Assembly: GCA_963851265.1 (NCBI GenBank) | Contig: CAWKNZ010000007.1 | Location: 384,001 to 448,000 of the forward strand | DNA length: 64,000 nucleotides | Direction of reading: 5' to 3' | From: an uncultured Gemmatimonadales bacterium | GTDB taxonomy: Bacteria; Gemmatimonadota; Gemmatimonadetes; Gemmatimonadales; Gemmatimonadaceae | Program-made: the position numbers and the translations under genes | Shown: one piece after another, positions 29,702 through 39,643 of the stretch | Numbering within the stretch: the stretch's first letter is position 1 | How the letters are laid out: each line of letters begins with the position of its first letter | The notes under the pieces: model-generated | Told to the model about the DNA's origin: nothing | Databases searched by the model: none | Seen by the model: the letters and a program-made list of their open reading frames with translations, nothing else

Positions 29702-32173
29702 ATGACGACCGCCCCCGCCCGCGCCGCGCGCGCGCTCCTGTATGCCGGCGTCCTTGCCGGCACCCGGCTCGCAGCCCAGCCGGCCCCCGCGACCGAACGC
29801 CTCGACGGCTTCCTTCCGCTCCGACTCGAGTCGGCGAGCGGCCGGGTGCTTCTCGAGCTCCCCGCCGACACGACGCGCGCCCTCCTCCTCACCTCGCTCG
29901 CGACCGGGCTCGGATCCAACCCGGTCGGACTCGATCGCGGCGCGAACGGCGAGGGCTACGTCGCGCGCTTCGAGCGCTCCGGCGCGCGCGTGCTCGTCGT
30001 GCTGGAGAACTGGAAGTATCGATCGAGCGACTCGGCGAATGCCGCGCACCAGCGGACGATCGCGGACGCGTTTCCGCCGAGCACGATCGTGGCCCTGCCC
30101 ATCGTTCCCGCCCCGACCACGGCGGCGGGCGGCGCATCTGCTACCACGCCGCCGGGCGCGCGCCTGGTGGTCGACGCGACCGACCTGTTCGTCCGCGACT
30201 GGATGGAGGTGACGCGCACGCTCGCCCGGACGGGGCAGGGGAGCTACGCGCTCGCGCGCGACCGCTCGGGCGTGTACCGCCCCGCGACGCGCAATTTCGC
30301 GCACAACACCGAGGTGGACGTGGCGCTGACCTTTGCCGCCGCGGGTCCCCCCGGCCCGATCGTCGAGTCGATCGCGCCCGACGGGCGGGCCGTCACACTG
30401 CGCGAACACGTCTCGCTCCTGCCGCTCCCGGCCGGCTACCGGCCGCGCGAGGCCGACCCTCGCGTCGGGTACATCGGCGTGCGTTTCCAGGACTACGCGC
30501 GGCCCGTGGACCGTCCGTTAGGCGTGACGTGGATCGCGCGCCACCGCCTCGACCGCGGGCCGGACGGGCGCATCGCCAATCCGATCGTGTACTACGTCGA
30601 CCCCGGGATCCCCGAACCCGTCCGCACCGCGACGATGCAGGGCGTCAAGTGGTGGGAGGACGCGTTCGCGCGCGCCGGACTCGCGGGCGGACTGCGCGTC
30701 GAGTGGCTGCCCGCGGGCGCCGACCCGGCCGACGCGCGCTACAACGTCGTGCAGTGGGAGAACCGCAACGAGCGCGGGTGGTCGATCGGCGGTTCGTTGG
30801 GCGACCCGCGGACGGGCGAGATCGTCAAGGCGATGGCGCGCATGGACTCGCACCGCGCGCGCACCGACGCCAACATCTACGCGGCGCTCGTCGGCGCGGA
30901 CGCGACGCCGGCGGAGACGGCCTTCGTGCTCGCGCGCGTGCGCCAGGTCAGCGCGCACGAGGTCGGGCACACGCTCGGCCTCACGCACAACTACATCGCC
31001 TCCTCGTACGGGCGCGCGAGCGTGATGGACTATCCCGCGCCGCGCGTGCTGCCGCGCGCCGACGGCACGCTCGACCTCTCGCAGGCGTACGCGGTCGGGC
31101 CGGGCGACTACGACGTGTGGGCCATCCGCTGGGGGTACGGCATCTTCCCCGCCGCGACCGAGGGCGACTCGCTGCGCGCGATCGTGGCCGAGGGCCTCCG
31201 GAAGGGCTACCTGTACCTGAGCGACGCGGACGCGCGCCCCGAGTTCTCGAGCGACCCGCGGGTGAATCTGTGGGACGACGCGGACACGGAGGACGAGTAC
31301 TGGACGCGCACCACGAACGTGCGCCGCGCCGCGATGGCGCGCTTCACGGAACGGGCCGTGCGCCCCGGCGACCCGATCGCGCTCGTGCAGGAGCGCTTCG
31401 TGCCGCTCTACTTCTGGCACCGCTTCGCGCTCAACCGGCTCGCAAAGACGTTAGGCGGCGTCGAGTACGCGAACGCCGTTCGCGGCGACGGGCAGCAGGC
31501 GACGCGCCCCGTCGCCCCGGCTCGGCAGCGGCGCGCGCTCGCCGCGATCGCCGGCGCGCTCGCGCCCGCGGAACTCGCCGTGCCCGACACGGTGCGCACG
31601 CTGCTCGCGCCGTGGGCAGACCAGGTCACGCCGGCCGTCGAGCTGTTCGGGGGGCGGGCGCGGCCCGTGTTCGACGAACTCGGCGCCGCGCGCACGCTCT
31701 CGGCGATGATCGTCGACGCGGCGCTGCAGCGCGACCGCGCGACGCGGCTCGTTCAGCAGCGTCTGCACGACCCGCTGCAGCCGGGGCTCGGCGACGTCGT
31801 CGACGCCCTCCTCGCGGCGACCGCGCCGCGCGCCGAGGCGCCTCACGGCGGCGCGGGCGGAACGGCGCCACGCGACGCCGCGCTGCGCCGCGTCGCACAG
31901 CGGGCCGTCGTCGACCGCCTGCTGGCGCTCGCCGCCGACAGCGCGGCGGCACCCGAGGTGCGCGCGATGGCCGAGTTGAAGCTGGGCGCGGTGGCCGCGA
32001 CCGCGCGGCGCGTGCCGCCCACCGGGGACGTCGACGCACGCGCACACCTGCTCGCGCTCGCGGCGGACGTTGACCGGTGGCAGACGCGGCGCGAAGCCCC
32101 GCGACCGACGCCCGCGCTCGTCGCGCCCCCGGGTGACCCGTTTGGCGAGGGGTGGTTCGGCGACGATTGGTAG
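29702..32173 (+). CDS. Secreted zinc-dependent metalloprotease (DUF5117/EcxA-like metzincin)
   Basis: HEVGHTLGLTHN, Met-turn SVMDY, PIVYYVD, DPRTGEI. Confidence 0.9.
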   Translation: MTTAPARAARALLYAGVLAGTRLAAQPAPATERLDGFLPLRLESASGRVLLELPADTTRALLLTSLATGLGSNPVGLDRGANGEGYVARFERSGARVLVVLENWKYRSSDSANAAHQRTIADAFPPSTIVALPIVPAPTTAAGGASATTPPGARLVVDATDLFVRDWMEVTRTLARTGQGSYALARDRSGVYRPATRNFAHNTEVDVALTFAAAGPPGPIVESIAPDGRAVTLREHVSLLPLPAGYRPREADPRVGYIGVRFQDYARPVDRPLGVTWIARHRLDRGPDGRIANPIVYYVDPGIPEPVRTATMQGVKWWEDAFARAGLAGGLRVEWLPAGADPADARYNVVQWENRNERGWSIGGSLGDPRTGEIVKAMARMDSHRARTDANIYAALVGADATPAETAFVLARVRQVSAHEVGHTLGLTHNYIASSYGRASVMDYPAPRVLPRADGTLDLSQAYAVGPGDYDVWAIRWGYGIFPAATEGDSLRAIVAEGLRKGYLYLSDADARPEFSSDPRVNLWDDADTEDEYWTRTTNVRRAAMARFTERAVRPGDPIALVQERFVPLYFWHRFALNRLAKTLGGVEYANAVRGDGQQATRPVAPARQRRALAAIAGALAPAELAVPDTVRTLLAPWADQVTPAVELFGGRARPVFDELGAARTLSAMIVDAALQRDRATRLVQQRLHDPLQPGLGDVVDALLAATAPRAEAPHGGAGGTAPRDAALRRVAQRAVVDRLLALAADSAAAPEVRAMAELKLGAVAATARRVPPTGDVDARAHLLALAADVDRWQTRREAPRPTPALVAPPGDPFGEGWFGDDW

Positions 32174-32206
32174 GCGCCGTCCGGACCACCCGGCCGGACC
32201 GGAGCG

Positions 32207-32653
32207 TCAGGTGGCGTCCGGGTCGGCCATGATCTCGACGAGGTTGCCGTCCGGGTCGCGGACGGCCGCCTCGTAGTAGCCGTCTCCGGTGAGGCGGGGC
32301 CCGGATTCGACGGGCACCCCGTCCGCGCGGAGGCGCGCCGCGAGAGCGTCCACCGCCGCGCGCGAGCCGACCGCGAGAGCGAGGTGGGCGTACCCGACGA
32401 CCTCCCCCAGCGCCGCGGGTGCGAGCGCCGGGGCCGTCATCAGCTCGATGCGCGCGCCGTGTTCGCGCGCGGTCGGATGCGAGTCGTCGCGGACCGACGC
32501 CGGGAAGTGCAGGAAGTACGACGCGAACCCCGGGCGGCGCGCGCTCGCGTAGCGCGGTCCGACGGTCGCGCCGAAGTACGTCACGTAGAACGCACGTAAC
32601 CGTTCGAGGCTGTCCGCGTCGTGCGTCCAGACCGCGACGTGGTCGACGCGCAT
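32207..32653 (-). CDS. VOC family (lactoylglutathione lyase-like) protein
   Basis: DHVAVW, GYAHLALAVGS, PRLTGDGYYEAAVRDPDGNLVEI. Confidence 0.88.
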   Translation of the reverse strand: MRVDHVAVWTHDADSLERLRAFYVTYFGATVGPRYASARRPGFASYFLHFPASVRDDSHPTAREHGARIELMTAPALAPAALGEVVGYAHLALAVGSRAAVDALAARLRADGVPVESGPRLTGDGYYEAAVRDPDGNLVEIMADPDAT

Positions 32654-32684
32654 GGCGTCGTGCGACGGCGAATGGGGCGCCGCG

Positions 32685-33326
32685 TCAGAACGCGCGGTTG
32701 ATACTCTGGCCGCAGACCGTGCCGCTCACCGATCCCGTCCCGGCGGGCGCCACGCTCGCCGTGTAGTCGAGCTGACAGCTACCGCCCGACCAGCTGAATC
32801 CCCCGGAAATGCGGACCGTCGCGATCCCCGACTGCGCGAACGCCGCCACCGGTATGGCGATCGCCATTGCGATCGCCGGCGCGCCCGTCACCGCGACGTT
32901 GCGGTCACCAGCCGACACCACGCAGCCCTGCGGAGTGGACGTGATCGTGCTCGTGATCGTTCCGCTGCCACGCTCGTCCAGGTTTTCGGTGAAGGTCGCC
33001 GTACCCGTGACCGAACCGCCGAGCGGGCATGCCTCGCTGAACGAAACGGGTGACAGAACGAGCCGCGGCAGCCCGTCCGCTGCCGAGGCGGGCGCGGTTG
33101 GCGCGCGCGAGAACGCGAGCGACGCCGGAATGCCGGCGAGGTGCGTCGCACCGCCCACCGCGCCGTACATCTGCGCGACGAACGCACTCGCGATCGCGCC
33201 GGCCTCGTCGGCGCTGAGCCGGTTCGCCGGGTTTCTCGCGGGGTCGGTGGCGGACGAACACGCCGCAGCGAGCGTCGTGCTGGCGGCCACGCCGAACAGC
33301 GCCGGCCGACTTTTAGTGCGTAGCAT
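32685..33326 (-). CDS. Hypothetical lipoprotein
   Basis: GAGG RBS; lipobox LAAAC; Cys-containing beta-rich body (CPLGG, GTVCG). Confidence 0.7.
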   Translation of the reverse strand: MLRTKSRPALFGVAASTTLAAACSSATDPARNPANRLSADEAGAIASAFVAQMYGAVGGATHLAGIPASLAFSRAPTAPASAADGLPRLVLSPVSFSEACPLGGSVTGTATFTENLDERGSGTITSTITSTPQGCVVSAGDRNVAVTGAPAIAMAIAIPVAAFAQSGIATVRISGGFSWSGGSCQLDYTASVAPAGTGSVSGTVCGQSINRAF

Positions 33327-33472
33327 TCGGTGGACCTCTGGCGCGTGTCGGACGGGGACGAGCGCGCACCCCGCCGCTCGCCCCGCGGCCGCGTGCTCGT
33401 GCCGGGCAATACTGACCCGGCACCACGAGCTGTCAATACGCGGGCGCCGCAACGGGCCGTCCTACGGGCCCG

Positions 33473-34852
33473 CTACTGCTCCAGCGTGTACAGGTACGCC
33501 GCGATGTCGCGCGCGTCGCCGTCGGTGACGCCGAGGTTGGGCATCGCGTTGCCGGGCGCGACCGACTGCGGCATCACGATCCACTGGACCAGATGCTCGG
33601 GCGTGTTGGCGAGGTAGCCCGCGATGATCGCGCGCTCGCGCCAGCCGGTGAGCGGCGGGCCGACCATCCCGTCGGCGCCGCGGATGCCGGGAATCAGGTG
33701 GCACGATCCGCAGCCGTACGTGCGGATGGCGCGCGCGCCGCGGGCCGGGTCTGCCGCGAGGTGCGCGCCGCCCTGGATGGACGCGAGTTCGCCCGTGCTC
33801 GCCAGATCACCGCCGACCTCGCTCCCCTCGCGGCGGCCCTCGCCCCCGCATGCGCCGAGCAACACGAACACGAGGAGCGCCGCGGCCGTCGCGCCGAACG
33901 CGTGCGCCGACCGGAGCCCGCGCGCCGGCGCGCCACGCGACCGGCGCGCGTCGGCGAGCATCCACCGCGCCGCGAGTGCGAGCGCGGCGCCGACGTAGAC
34001 GAGCCCCGCCGGCACCCACATCACGAGCCCGGCCAGTTGCTGATCGGCGATGAGCGTCGTGTGCCACGCGCGCGCGCCCGCCGCGTGCACGGGGTACCAC
34101 GGCGCGCGCGAGAAGGCGAGCAGCGCGCCCATCGCGCTGCCCAGCAGCCCCATGCTCATCACGTACAGGATGCCGGCCGCCTCGCCGAGCACCCGACGCC
34201 CGGTCGGCTGCGCCACGCGCCACCAGAACAGCCACGCCGTGCCGAGGAAGCTGACGTGCTCCAGCGCGTGCACCGCGTCGTTGCCTAACGCCGCCGAGTA
34301 GAGGACGGGGACGTGCCAGGCGACGAGCGCCACCGCGTGGAGCAGCCACGCCGCGGCCGGGGTGGCGACGGCGTGCGTGACCGCGCGCGCCGCCCGCTGC
34401 GGCGCGCGCCGCGCGTTCCACCACCTGGCCAGCGCGCGCCGGGCGCCCGCCGGCGGCGCCCACGCGAGCGCGAGCGGCAGGTTGGCGAGGGCGAGCAGCG
34501 GGGCGGCGACGAGGATCAGCAACAGGTGCTGGGCCATGTGCGCCGAGAAGAGCGCGTCTGCCACGGCATCGAATGGGGACACGAGCGCGGCGAGCAGGAC
34601 GACGATGGCCGCCGCGAACGCCCGCGCCTGCGCGATGCGGACCCCGCGCCCGCGACCCGCCCGCGCCCAGATCCGGCGCACGCCGAGCGCGTACGCCGCG
34701 GCGAGCAGGAGCGACGCGACGAGCGGGCCGACGTCGGGCGCCCACCCACCGGCGGCGCCCACCGCGTGCTGGCCCACCGGGTGCGCCCACGCCACCGCGG
34801 GTGTGAGCAGGGCGGCCAGGACGAACCGAACGTGTCGCGCGGTCACCGACAT
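33473..34852 (-). CDS. caa3-type CtaG assembly protein fused to C-terminal cytochrome c
   Basis: FSAHMAQHLLL, WHVP, HALEH, DQQLAGLVMW; then CGSCH and AMPNL. Confidence 0.88.
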   Translation of the reverse strand: MSVTARHVRFVLAALLTPAVAWAHPVGQHAVGAAGGWAPDVGPLVASLLLAAAYALGVRRIWARAGRGRGVRIAQARAFAAAIVVLLAALVSPFDAVADALFSAHMAQHLLLILVAAPLLALANLPLALAWAPPAGARRALARWWNARRAPQRAARAVTHAVATPAAAWLLHAVALVAWHVPVLYSAALGNDAVHALEHVSFLGTAWLFWWRVAQPTGRRVLGEAAGILYVMSMGLLGSAMGALLAFSRAPWYPVHAAGARAWHTTLIADQQLAGLVMWVPAGLVYVGAALALAARWMLADARRSRGAPARGLRSAHAFGATAAALLVFVLLGACGGEGRREGSEVGGDLASTGELASIQGGAHLAADPARGARAIRTYGCGSCHLIPGIRGADGMVGPPLTGWRERAIIAGYLANTPEHLVQWIVMPQSVAPGNAMPNLGVTDGDARDIAAYLYTLEQ

Positions 34853-35265
34853 CCCTCCACGAACGCGGCGCCCGTCGCCAGTACGATGCCGATGAGGGCG
34901 ATCGCCGCGAGCACGCCGCCGAAGAGGGCGAGGAACGCGGCCCGTTCATTCCGGACCCCAGTGCCGACGATGTCGGCGTGCGGAAAGCGGCGGCGCCCGC
35001 GCGCGAGCGCGACCGTCACGAGCGCCATGAGCACGAGCGCGACGGCCGACGCGGGAAGCGAGATCGCGCGCGGCCCGCCTCCGGCCCGGCACGCGTTGTA
35101 CGACCCGATGTAACTCACCGCCTCGTGGAGCGCCCAGACGATCGGTCCGAGCGCGAACCAGATCCAGAGTCGCCGCAGGGCGCCCGGCGGCGGTGGCGGC
35201 GCCGAGGGCTTCCCGCCCGATGCGGACGGTGCGGGTGCCGAGGAGGACGTTGCGGATGCGGCCAT
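34843..35265 (-). CDS. Small membrane protein in the oxidase operon
   Basis: Three TM segments; GPIVWALH...Y...AC; C-terminal Cys. Confidence 0.7.
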   Translation of the reverse strand: MAASATSSSAPAPSASGGKPSAPPPPPGALRRLWIWFALGPIVWALHEAVSYIGSYNACRAGGGPRAISLPASAVALVLMALVTVALARGRRRFPHADIVGTGVRNERAAFLALFGGVLAAIALIGIVLATGAAFVEGCR

Positions 35266-35275
35266 CAGTCCCTCC

Positions 35276-35899
35276 TCAGAAGCGCGGCGCGAGGTAGAGC
35301 GACGTGAACACGATGAGCCACACCGCGTCGACGAAATGCCAGTACAACACCGTGTTGTTCACCGCGAGCGTGCGCCCGGGCGGAAACGCCCCCGTGATCG
35401 CGCGCAGCAGCGTGTGGCCGAGCGCGAGCAGCCCGGCGAACACGTGCGCGCCGTGGAACCCGGTGATCGTGTAGAACATCGAGCCGTACGCGTCGGTCTG
35501 CGGCCGGAACTCCGCGCGCGACCACTCGAGCCCCTGCACGCCGAGGAACACCGCGCCCATCACGATCGTGAGCGCGAGGCCCGCGATGAGGCCGCCGCGG
35601 TTGCCGCGGTCGGCGCTCCGGTCGGCCCACCACGCCGCGCCGCTGCTCGCGACGAGCAGCGCGGTGTTGGGCGCGACGAGCGCGAGCGGCGGCGCGCCGG
35701 TGGTCGGCCAGGTCGCGTGCTGCACGGCGAGGTAGAAGTAGCTCCCGAGCAGGTAGCTGAACAGCGCGGCCTCGGTCGCGAGCAGCACCATCATCCCCCA
35801 CCAGCCCACGTCGTGCCCGCCGCGCCCGGCGGACACCGGCGGGCGCGCGGGCGCGCCCGCGGCGACGTCGTTAGGCGCCGTCGCGCCGGCCGCGCTCAC
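35276..35899 (-). CDS. ctaE: Cytochrome c oxidase subunit III (short form)
   Basis: ATEAALF, TGFHGAHV, LYWHFVDAVW; GTGA overlap with subunit I. Confidence 0.9.
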   Translation of the reverse strand: MSAAGATAPNDVAAGAPARPPVSAGRGGHDVGWWGMMVLLATEAALFSYLLGSYFYLAVQHATWPTTGAPPLALVAPNTALLVASSGAAWWADRSADRGNRGGLIAGLALTIVMGAVFLGVQGLEWSRAEFRPQTDAYGSMFYTITGFHGAHVFAGLLALGHTLLRAITGAFPPGRTLAVNNTVLYWHFVDAVWLIVFTSLYLAPRF

Positions 35900-37899
35900 G
35901 CCGTACCCCCGCCGTAGGCGGGCTCGGCGCCGCCGTCGCCGCTCCGCGGCGGCACGCCCGGCGCGTGGTGCCCGGCCGGCCAGAACCACGCGCCCAGTGC
36001 GAGGACCGTCGCCGCCACCCCGAGCACCGACGGCCAGAAGCCGCGCAGCATGAGCCCCCAGAACAGCAGCGCGAGCGCGGCCGCGAGCGCGAGCGGCCAC
36101 GGCGAGTCGCCGGGCATGTGCATGATCCCCTCGTCACCCGCGTCCATCACCGTCGTGCCGAGCGTCTCGCGGCCCTCGAGCAGCGTCGCCCCGCGCGCGC
36201 CCGAGTCCAGGGCCGCGATCTCGTCGGCGCCCTGCTCCCACAGCGGCTCACGCCCGCGCACGGTCGGGATGCGCGCGAAGTTGTACGCCGGCGGCGGCGA
36301 GCTCACCGACCACTCCAACGTGCTCGCGCCCCACGGGTTGTCGCCGGCCGGCTCGCCGCCGGCCAACGAGCGCACCACGTTCGCGAGGAAGACGAGGAAG
36401 CCGATCGAGAAGATCGCCGCCCCGATCGTCGACCACATGTTCGCGCTGTCGAACCCCATCCCCTGCGCGTACGTGTAGACCCGCCGCGGCATCCCGGCGA
36501 GGCCGAGCTGGTGCATGGGCCAGAAGAGCACGTTCGCCCCGACGAACAGCAGCCCGAACGAGAGCTTGCCGAGCCCCTCGTGCATCATCTTGCCGGTGAA
36601 CTTCGGGAACCAGTAGTGGATGCCCGCGAGCACCGGGAACACGTTCGCGCCGACGAGGACGTAGTGCAGGTGCGCCACCACGAAGTACGTGTCGGTCACC
36701 TGGCGGTCGAAGGCGACGAGGCCCGTCATCACGCCGCTCAGCCCCCCAATCACGAACAGGAGGAGGAACCCGATGCAGTACAGGAAGGGCGTCTTGTAGA
36801 CCGGCTTCCCGAACCAGATCGTGGTCACCCAGGCCACTGTCGTGATGCCGCTCGGCAGCGACACGGTCATGCTCGCCGCCGAAAAGAACGACGTCGACAT
36901 CGCCGACATGCCGGTCACGAACATGTGGTGCGCCCACACGCCGAAGCCGAAGATCGCCACCGCGACGCTCGCCAGCGCGACGAGCGTGTACGCGGCGAGC
37001 GGCCGGCGGCAGAATGTCGGAATGATGGTCGAGACGATACCGAACGCCGGCAGCACGACGACGTACACCCACGGGTGCCCGAACACCCAGAACAGGTGCT
37101 GCCAGAGGAGCGCGCTGCCGCCGCCCTGGGGGTCGAAGAAGTGCATGCCGTAGCGCCGGTCGAGCTCGAGGAAGACGAGCGCGACGGTGAGCGACGGCAA
37201 CGCGAAGACGATCGCCACCGACGCGCTCAGCGTGCTCCACACGTAGATCGGCATCCGGTTGATCGACATTCCCGGCGCCCGCAACTTCGCGATGCTGACG
37301 ATGAAGTTGGCCGCGCCCACCGTCGTCGAGATCGTCAGGAACAGCAGCCCGAGCGCGTAGAAGTCGAGGTTCGGCCCCGGCGAGTACGCGCGCGAGGTGA
37401 GCGGCACGTACGCGAACCAGCCGCCGTCGGGCGCCTGGCCGACGAGGATGCTGCCGTAGAGGAAGCACCCCGCGAACAGGAAGCTCCAATAGCTGAACGC
37501 GTTGAGGCGCGGGAACGCCATGTCGCGCGAGCCGATCAGCAGCGGCACGAGGTAGTTGCTGAAGCCCGACAGCACCGGCGATGCGTAGAGGAAGATCATC
37601 GCCGTGCCGTGCATGCTGAACAGCTGGTTGTACGCCTCGGGCGAGAGGAACCGCGAGTCGGGGCGCGCGAGCTGCACGCGCATGAGCGCCGCGTCCGCGC
37701 CGGCGAGCACGAAGAAGAACGCCGCCGTCCACAGGTAGCGGATCCCGATCGTCTTGTGGTCGACGCTCGTGAGCGCGCCGGCGAGCGTGCGCGGGGTTTC
37801 CCAGATCCACCGCAGCCGTTCGACGGCGGCGCGCGGGTCCGTCGCGCGCGGGTCGGCGGGGGCGACGGGGACGGGCGTGGGTTCGACGCGCGTGGCCAT
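35896..37899 (-). CDS. ctaD: Heme-copper oxidase subunit I (atypical A-family-like)
   Basis: DHKTIG, MHGTAM, DMAFPRLN, GHPWVY, WAHHM, AHLHYV, GMPRR. Confidence 0.93.
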   Translation of the reverse strand: MATRVEPTPVPVAPADPRATDPRAAVERLRWIWETPRTLAGALTSVDHKTIGIRYLWTAAFFFVLAGADAALMRVQLARPDSRFLSPEAYNQLFSMHGTAMIFLYASPVLSGFSNYLVPLLIGSRDMAFPRLNAFSYWSFLFAGCFLYGSILVGQAPDGGWFAYVPLTSRAYSPGPNLDFYALGLLFLTISTTVGAANFIVSIAKLRAPGMSINRMPIYVWSTLSASVAIVFALPSLTVALVFLELDRRYGMHFFDPQGGGSALLWQHLFWVFGHPWVYVVVLPAFGIVSTIIPTFCRRPLAAYTLVALASVAVAIFGFGVWAHHMFVTGMSAMSTSFFSAASMTVSLPSGITTVAWVTTIWFGKPVYKTPFLYCIGFLLLFVIGGLSGVMTGLVAFDRQVTDTYFVVAHLHYVLVGANVFPVLAGIHYWFPKFTGKMMHEGLGKLSFGLLFVGANVLFWPMHQLGLAGMPRRVYTYAQGMGFDSANMWSTIGAAIFSIGFLVFLANVVRSLAGGEPAGDNPWGASTLEWSVSSPPPAYNFARIPTVRGREPLWEQGADEIAALDSGARGATLLEGRETLGTTVMDAGDEGIMHMPGDSPWPLALAAALALLFWGLMLRGFWPSVLGVAATVLALGAWFWPAGHHAPGVPPRSGDGGAEPAYGGGTA

Positions 37900-38933
37900 T
37901 AGTGCAAGCTCTCGAGGTAGGCGACCACGGCCTGCAGGTCGGCGCCGGACATCGCGACGACGGGCATCCGGTTGCCGGGTTTGATCCGCTGCGGGTCGCC
38001 CACCCAGCCGGCGAGGTCGCCGCGCGTGTTGGGCAGCGTCCCGGCGGCGAGCGTGGCGCGGCTCGCCAGGTGTGTGAGGTCGGGCCCGGCCTGCCCGCCG
38101 AACTCGGTGCCGCGTACCGCGTGACATCCCGCGCAGCCGAGCGACGCGAACGCGACGCGCCCGGCCTGCTCGTCGGGGCGGGTGGCGGGCGCCGCGGGCG
38201 CGTGCTGCGCGGCGAGCCACTCGCCATACTCCACCGGCGTCTGGGCGACGACGGTGAACCCCATGTGCGCGTGCTGCTGCCCGCAGAACTCGCCGCACTC
38301 GCCGTAGTACGTGCCCGCCGTGTCGGCCTCGAGCCAGATCGTGTTCACCTGACCGGCGACGAGGTCGGTCTTGCCGGCGAGCTGCGGCACCCAGAAGGAG
38401 TGATTCACGTCTTGCGTGCTGAGGGCGATGCTGACGCGCCGGCCGACGGGCACGTGCAACTCGTTCGCGGTGACGACGCCGCTCTTCGGATAGCGCACCT
38501 CCCACCACCACTGGTGCCCGACGACCACCGCATCGGCGCGCGCGGCGGCGTCGGGGTCGTTGACGGCGAACGGCTGCGCCTGCGCGTTGGTCTTCACCGT
38601 CGACCAGACGAACACGGCGGCCAGCACGAGCGCCGGCAGCACGAGGCCTAACATCAGGATGCCGCGCACCTCGTCCGGGTGGTCGTGCTGGTCGCGCGCG
38701 GACGCCGCGGCCCCGGCGACCGAGAGGTCGCCGCGCCCGCGGTTGCGCCAGAGGGGCGTCGCGAGAAAGCCGATGAAGATCAGGAAGACGATCGTCGAGA
38801 TCGCGATCAGCGCCCAGCCGAGCGCCGCCGACTCGACGGCCGCGCGCCCGCGGGCCGCGAAGATGGACAGCGTCGTCGGCGTCTGCGTCGGGATGAGCGC
38901 GAGCACCGCCAGCGTGGCACGCAGCGCCGTCAC
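37899..38933 (-). CDS. ctaC: Cytochrome c oxidase subunit II with CuA site and fused cytochrome c (caa3 type)
   Basis: HQWWW, DVNHSFW, CGEFCGQQHAHM, CAGCH, KPGNRMP. Confidence 0.93.
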   Translation of the reverse strand: MTALRATLAVLALIPTQTPTTLSIFAARGRAAVESAALGWALIAISTIVFLIFIGFLATPLWRNRGRGDLSVAGAAASARDQHDHPDEVRGILMLGLVLPALVLAAVFVWSTVKTNAQAQPFAVNDPDAAARADAVVVGHQWWWEVRYPKSGVVTANELHVPVGRRVSIALSTQDVNHSFWVPQLAGKTDLVAGQVNTIWLEADTAGTYYGECGEFCGQQHAHMGFTVVAQTPVEYGEWLAAQHAPAAPATRPDEQAGRVAFASLGCAGCHAVRGTEFGGQAGPDLTHLASRATLAAGTLPNTRGDLAGWVGDPQRIKPGNRMPVVAMSGADLQAVVAYLESLH

Positions 38934-39640
38934 GGGCCGGTGGTGCGCGGGGCGACGACGAGCGAGCCGGTGGCGTGGCGCGCGTGGCCGCCCGGCCACG
39001 GCTCGCCGCGCGTCTGCGCGATGGCCCAGACGTAGGCCGCGACCTCGCGCGTCTCGTCGGCCGTGAGGTCGCCGTAGAGTCCGCGCATCGGCATCGCCAC
39101 CTGCGAGCGGGTGATGTTTTCGGGCACGCCGTTGAGGATGAGAGAGTCGGCACCCGCCCACCCGGCCGCGTTCTCGATCGGCACGTAGATGAGACCGGCC
39201 GTCAGGGAGGACCCGCGCTTGGGAAGACCGGTCGCCTCCATGCCGTGGCACTGAAAGCAGCCGCCCTTCCCGTGGAAGATCGCGTCGCCCGCGACGATGT
39301 CGTCCACGCGCATGCTGTCGGGGAGGGTGGGCAGCGTATCGGGCTGAGACTCCTCGTCGGTCTCCGTGACGCGCGCCAGCGCGAGCGGGGTCGTGCTCGC
39401 GAACACGCTCGCGCCGGTCGACGACGCCGCGCCGGGCGGCGCGACGGCGCCGAGCGTGCGGAGCGCGCCATACGGCTGGTCGCTGCCGCGCGCCGCGTTG
39501 GTCGCATGCAGGAGGTCGGTCGCGAGAAGTCCTCCACCCACGACGATCACGGTCGCGACCGCCCAGACGGCGCGCCGGCTCACGCGTGGCTCCGCCGGCG
39601 GCTCTGCTCGGGGCGAATCGGTTGGCTGCGGTGTTGGCAC
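38930..39640 (-). CDS. Monoheme cytochrome c (paralog 2)
   Basis: N-terminal TM segment; GKGGCFQCHG; distal AMPMRG. Confidence 0.88.
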   Translation of the reverse strand: MPTPQPTDSPRAEPPAEPRVSRRAVWAVATVIVVGGGLLATDLLHATNAARGSDQPYGALRTLGAVAPPGAASSTGASVFASTTPLALARVTETDEESQPDTLPTLPDSMRVDDIVAGDAIFHGKGGCFQCHGMEATGLPKRGSSLTAGLIYVPIENAAGWAGADSLILNGVPENITRSQVAMPMRGLYGDLTADETREVAAYVWAIAQTRGEPWPGGHARHATGSLVVAPRTTGP

Positions 39641-39643
39641 GGC

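Noticed and set aside
35896..39153. 1085-aa ORF suggesting an N-terminally extended oxidase subunit I
   Set aside because: The extension is an off-frame reading of subunit II; the real start is ATG 37899 in a TAATG overlap
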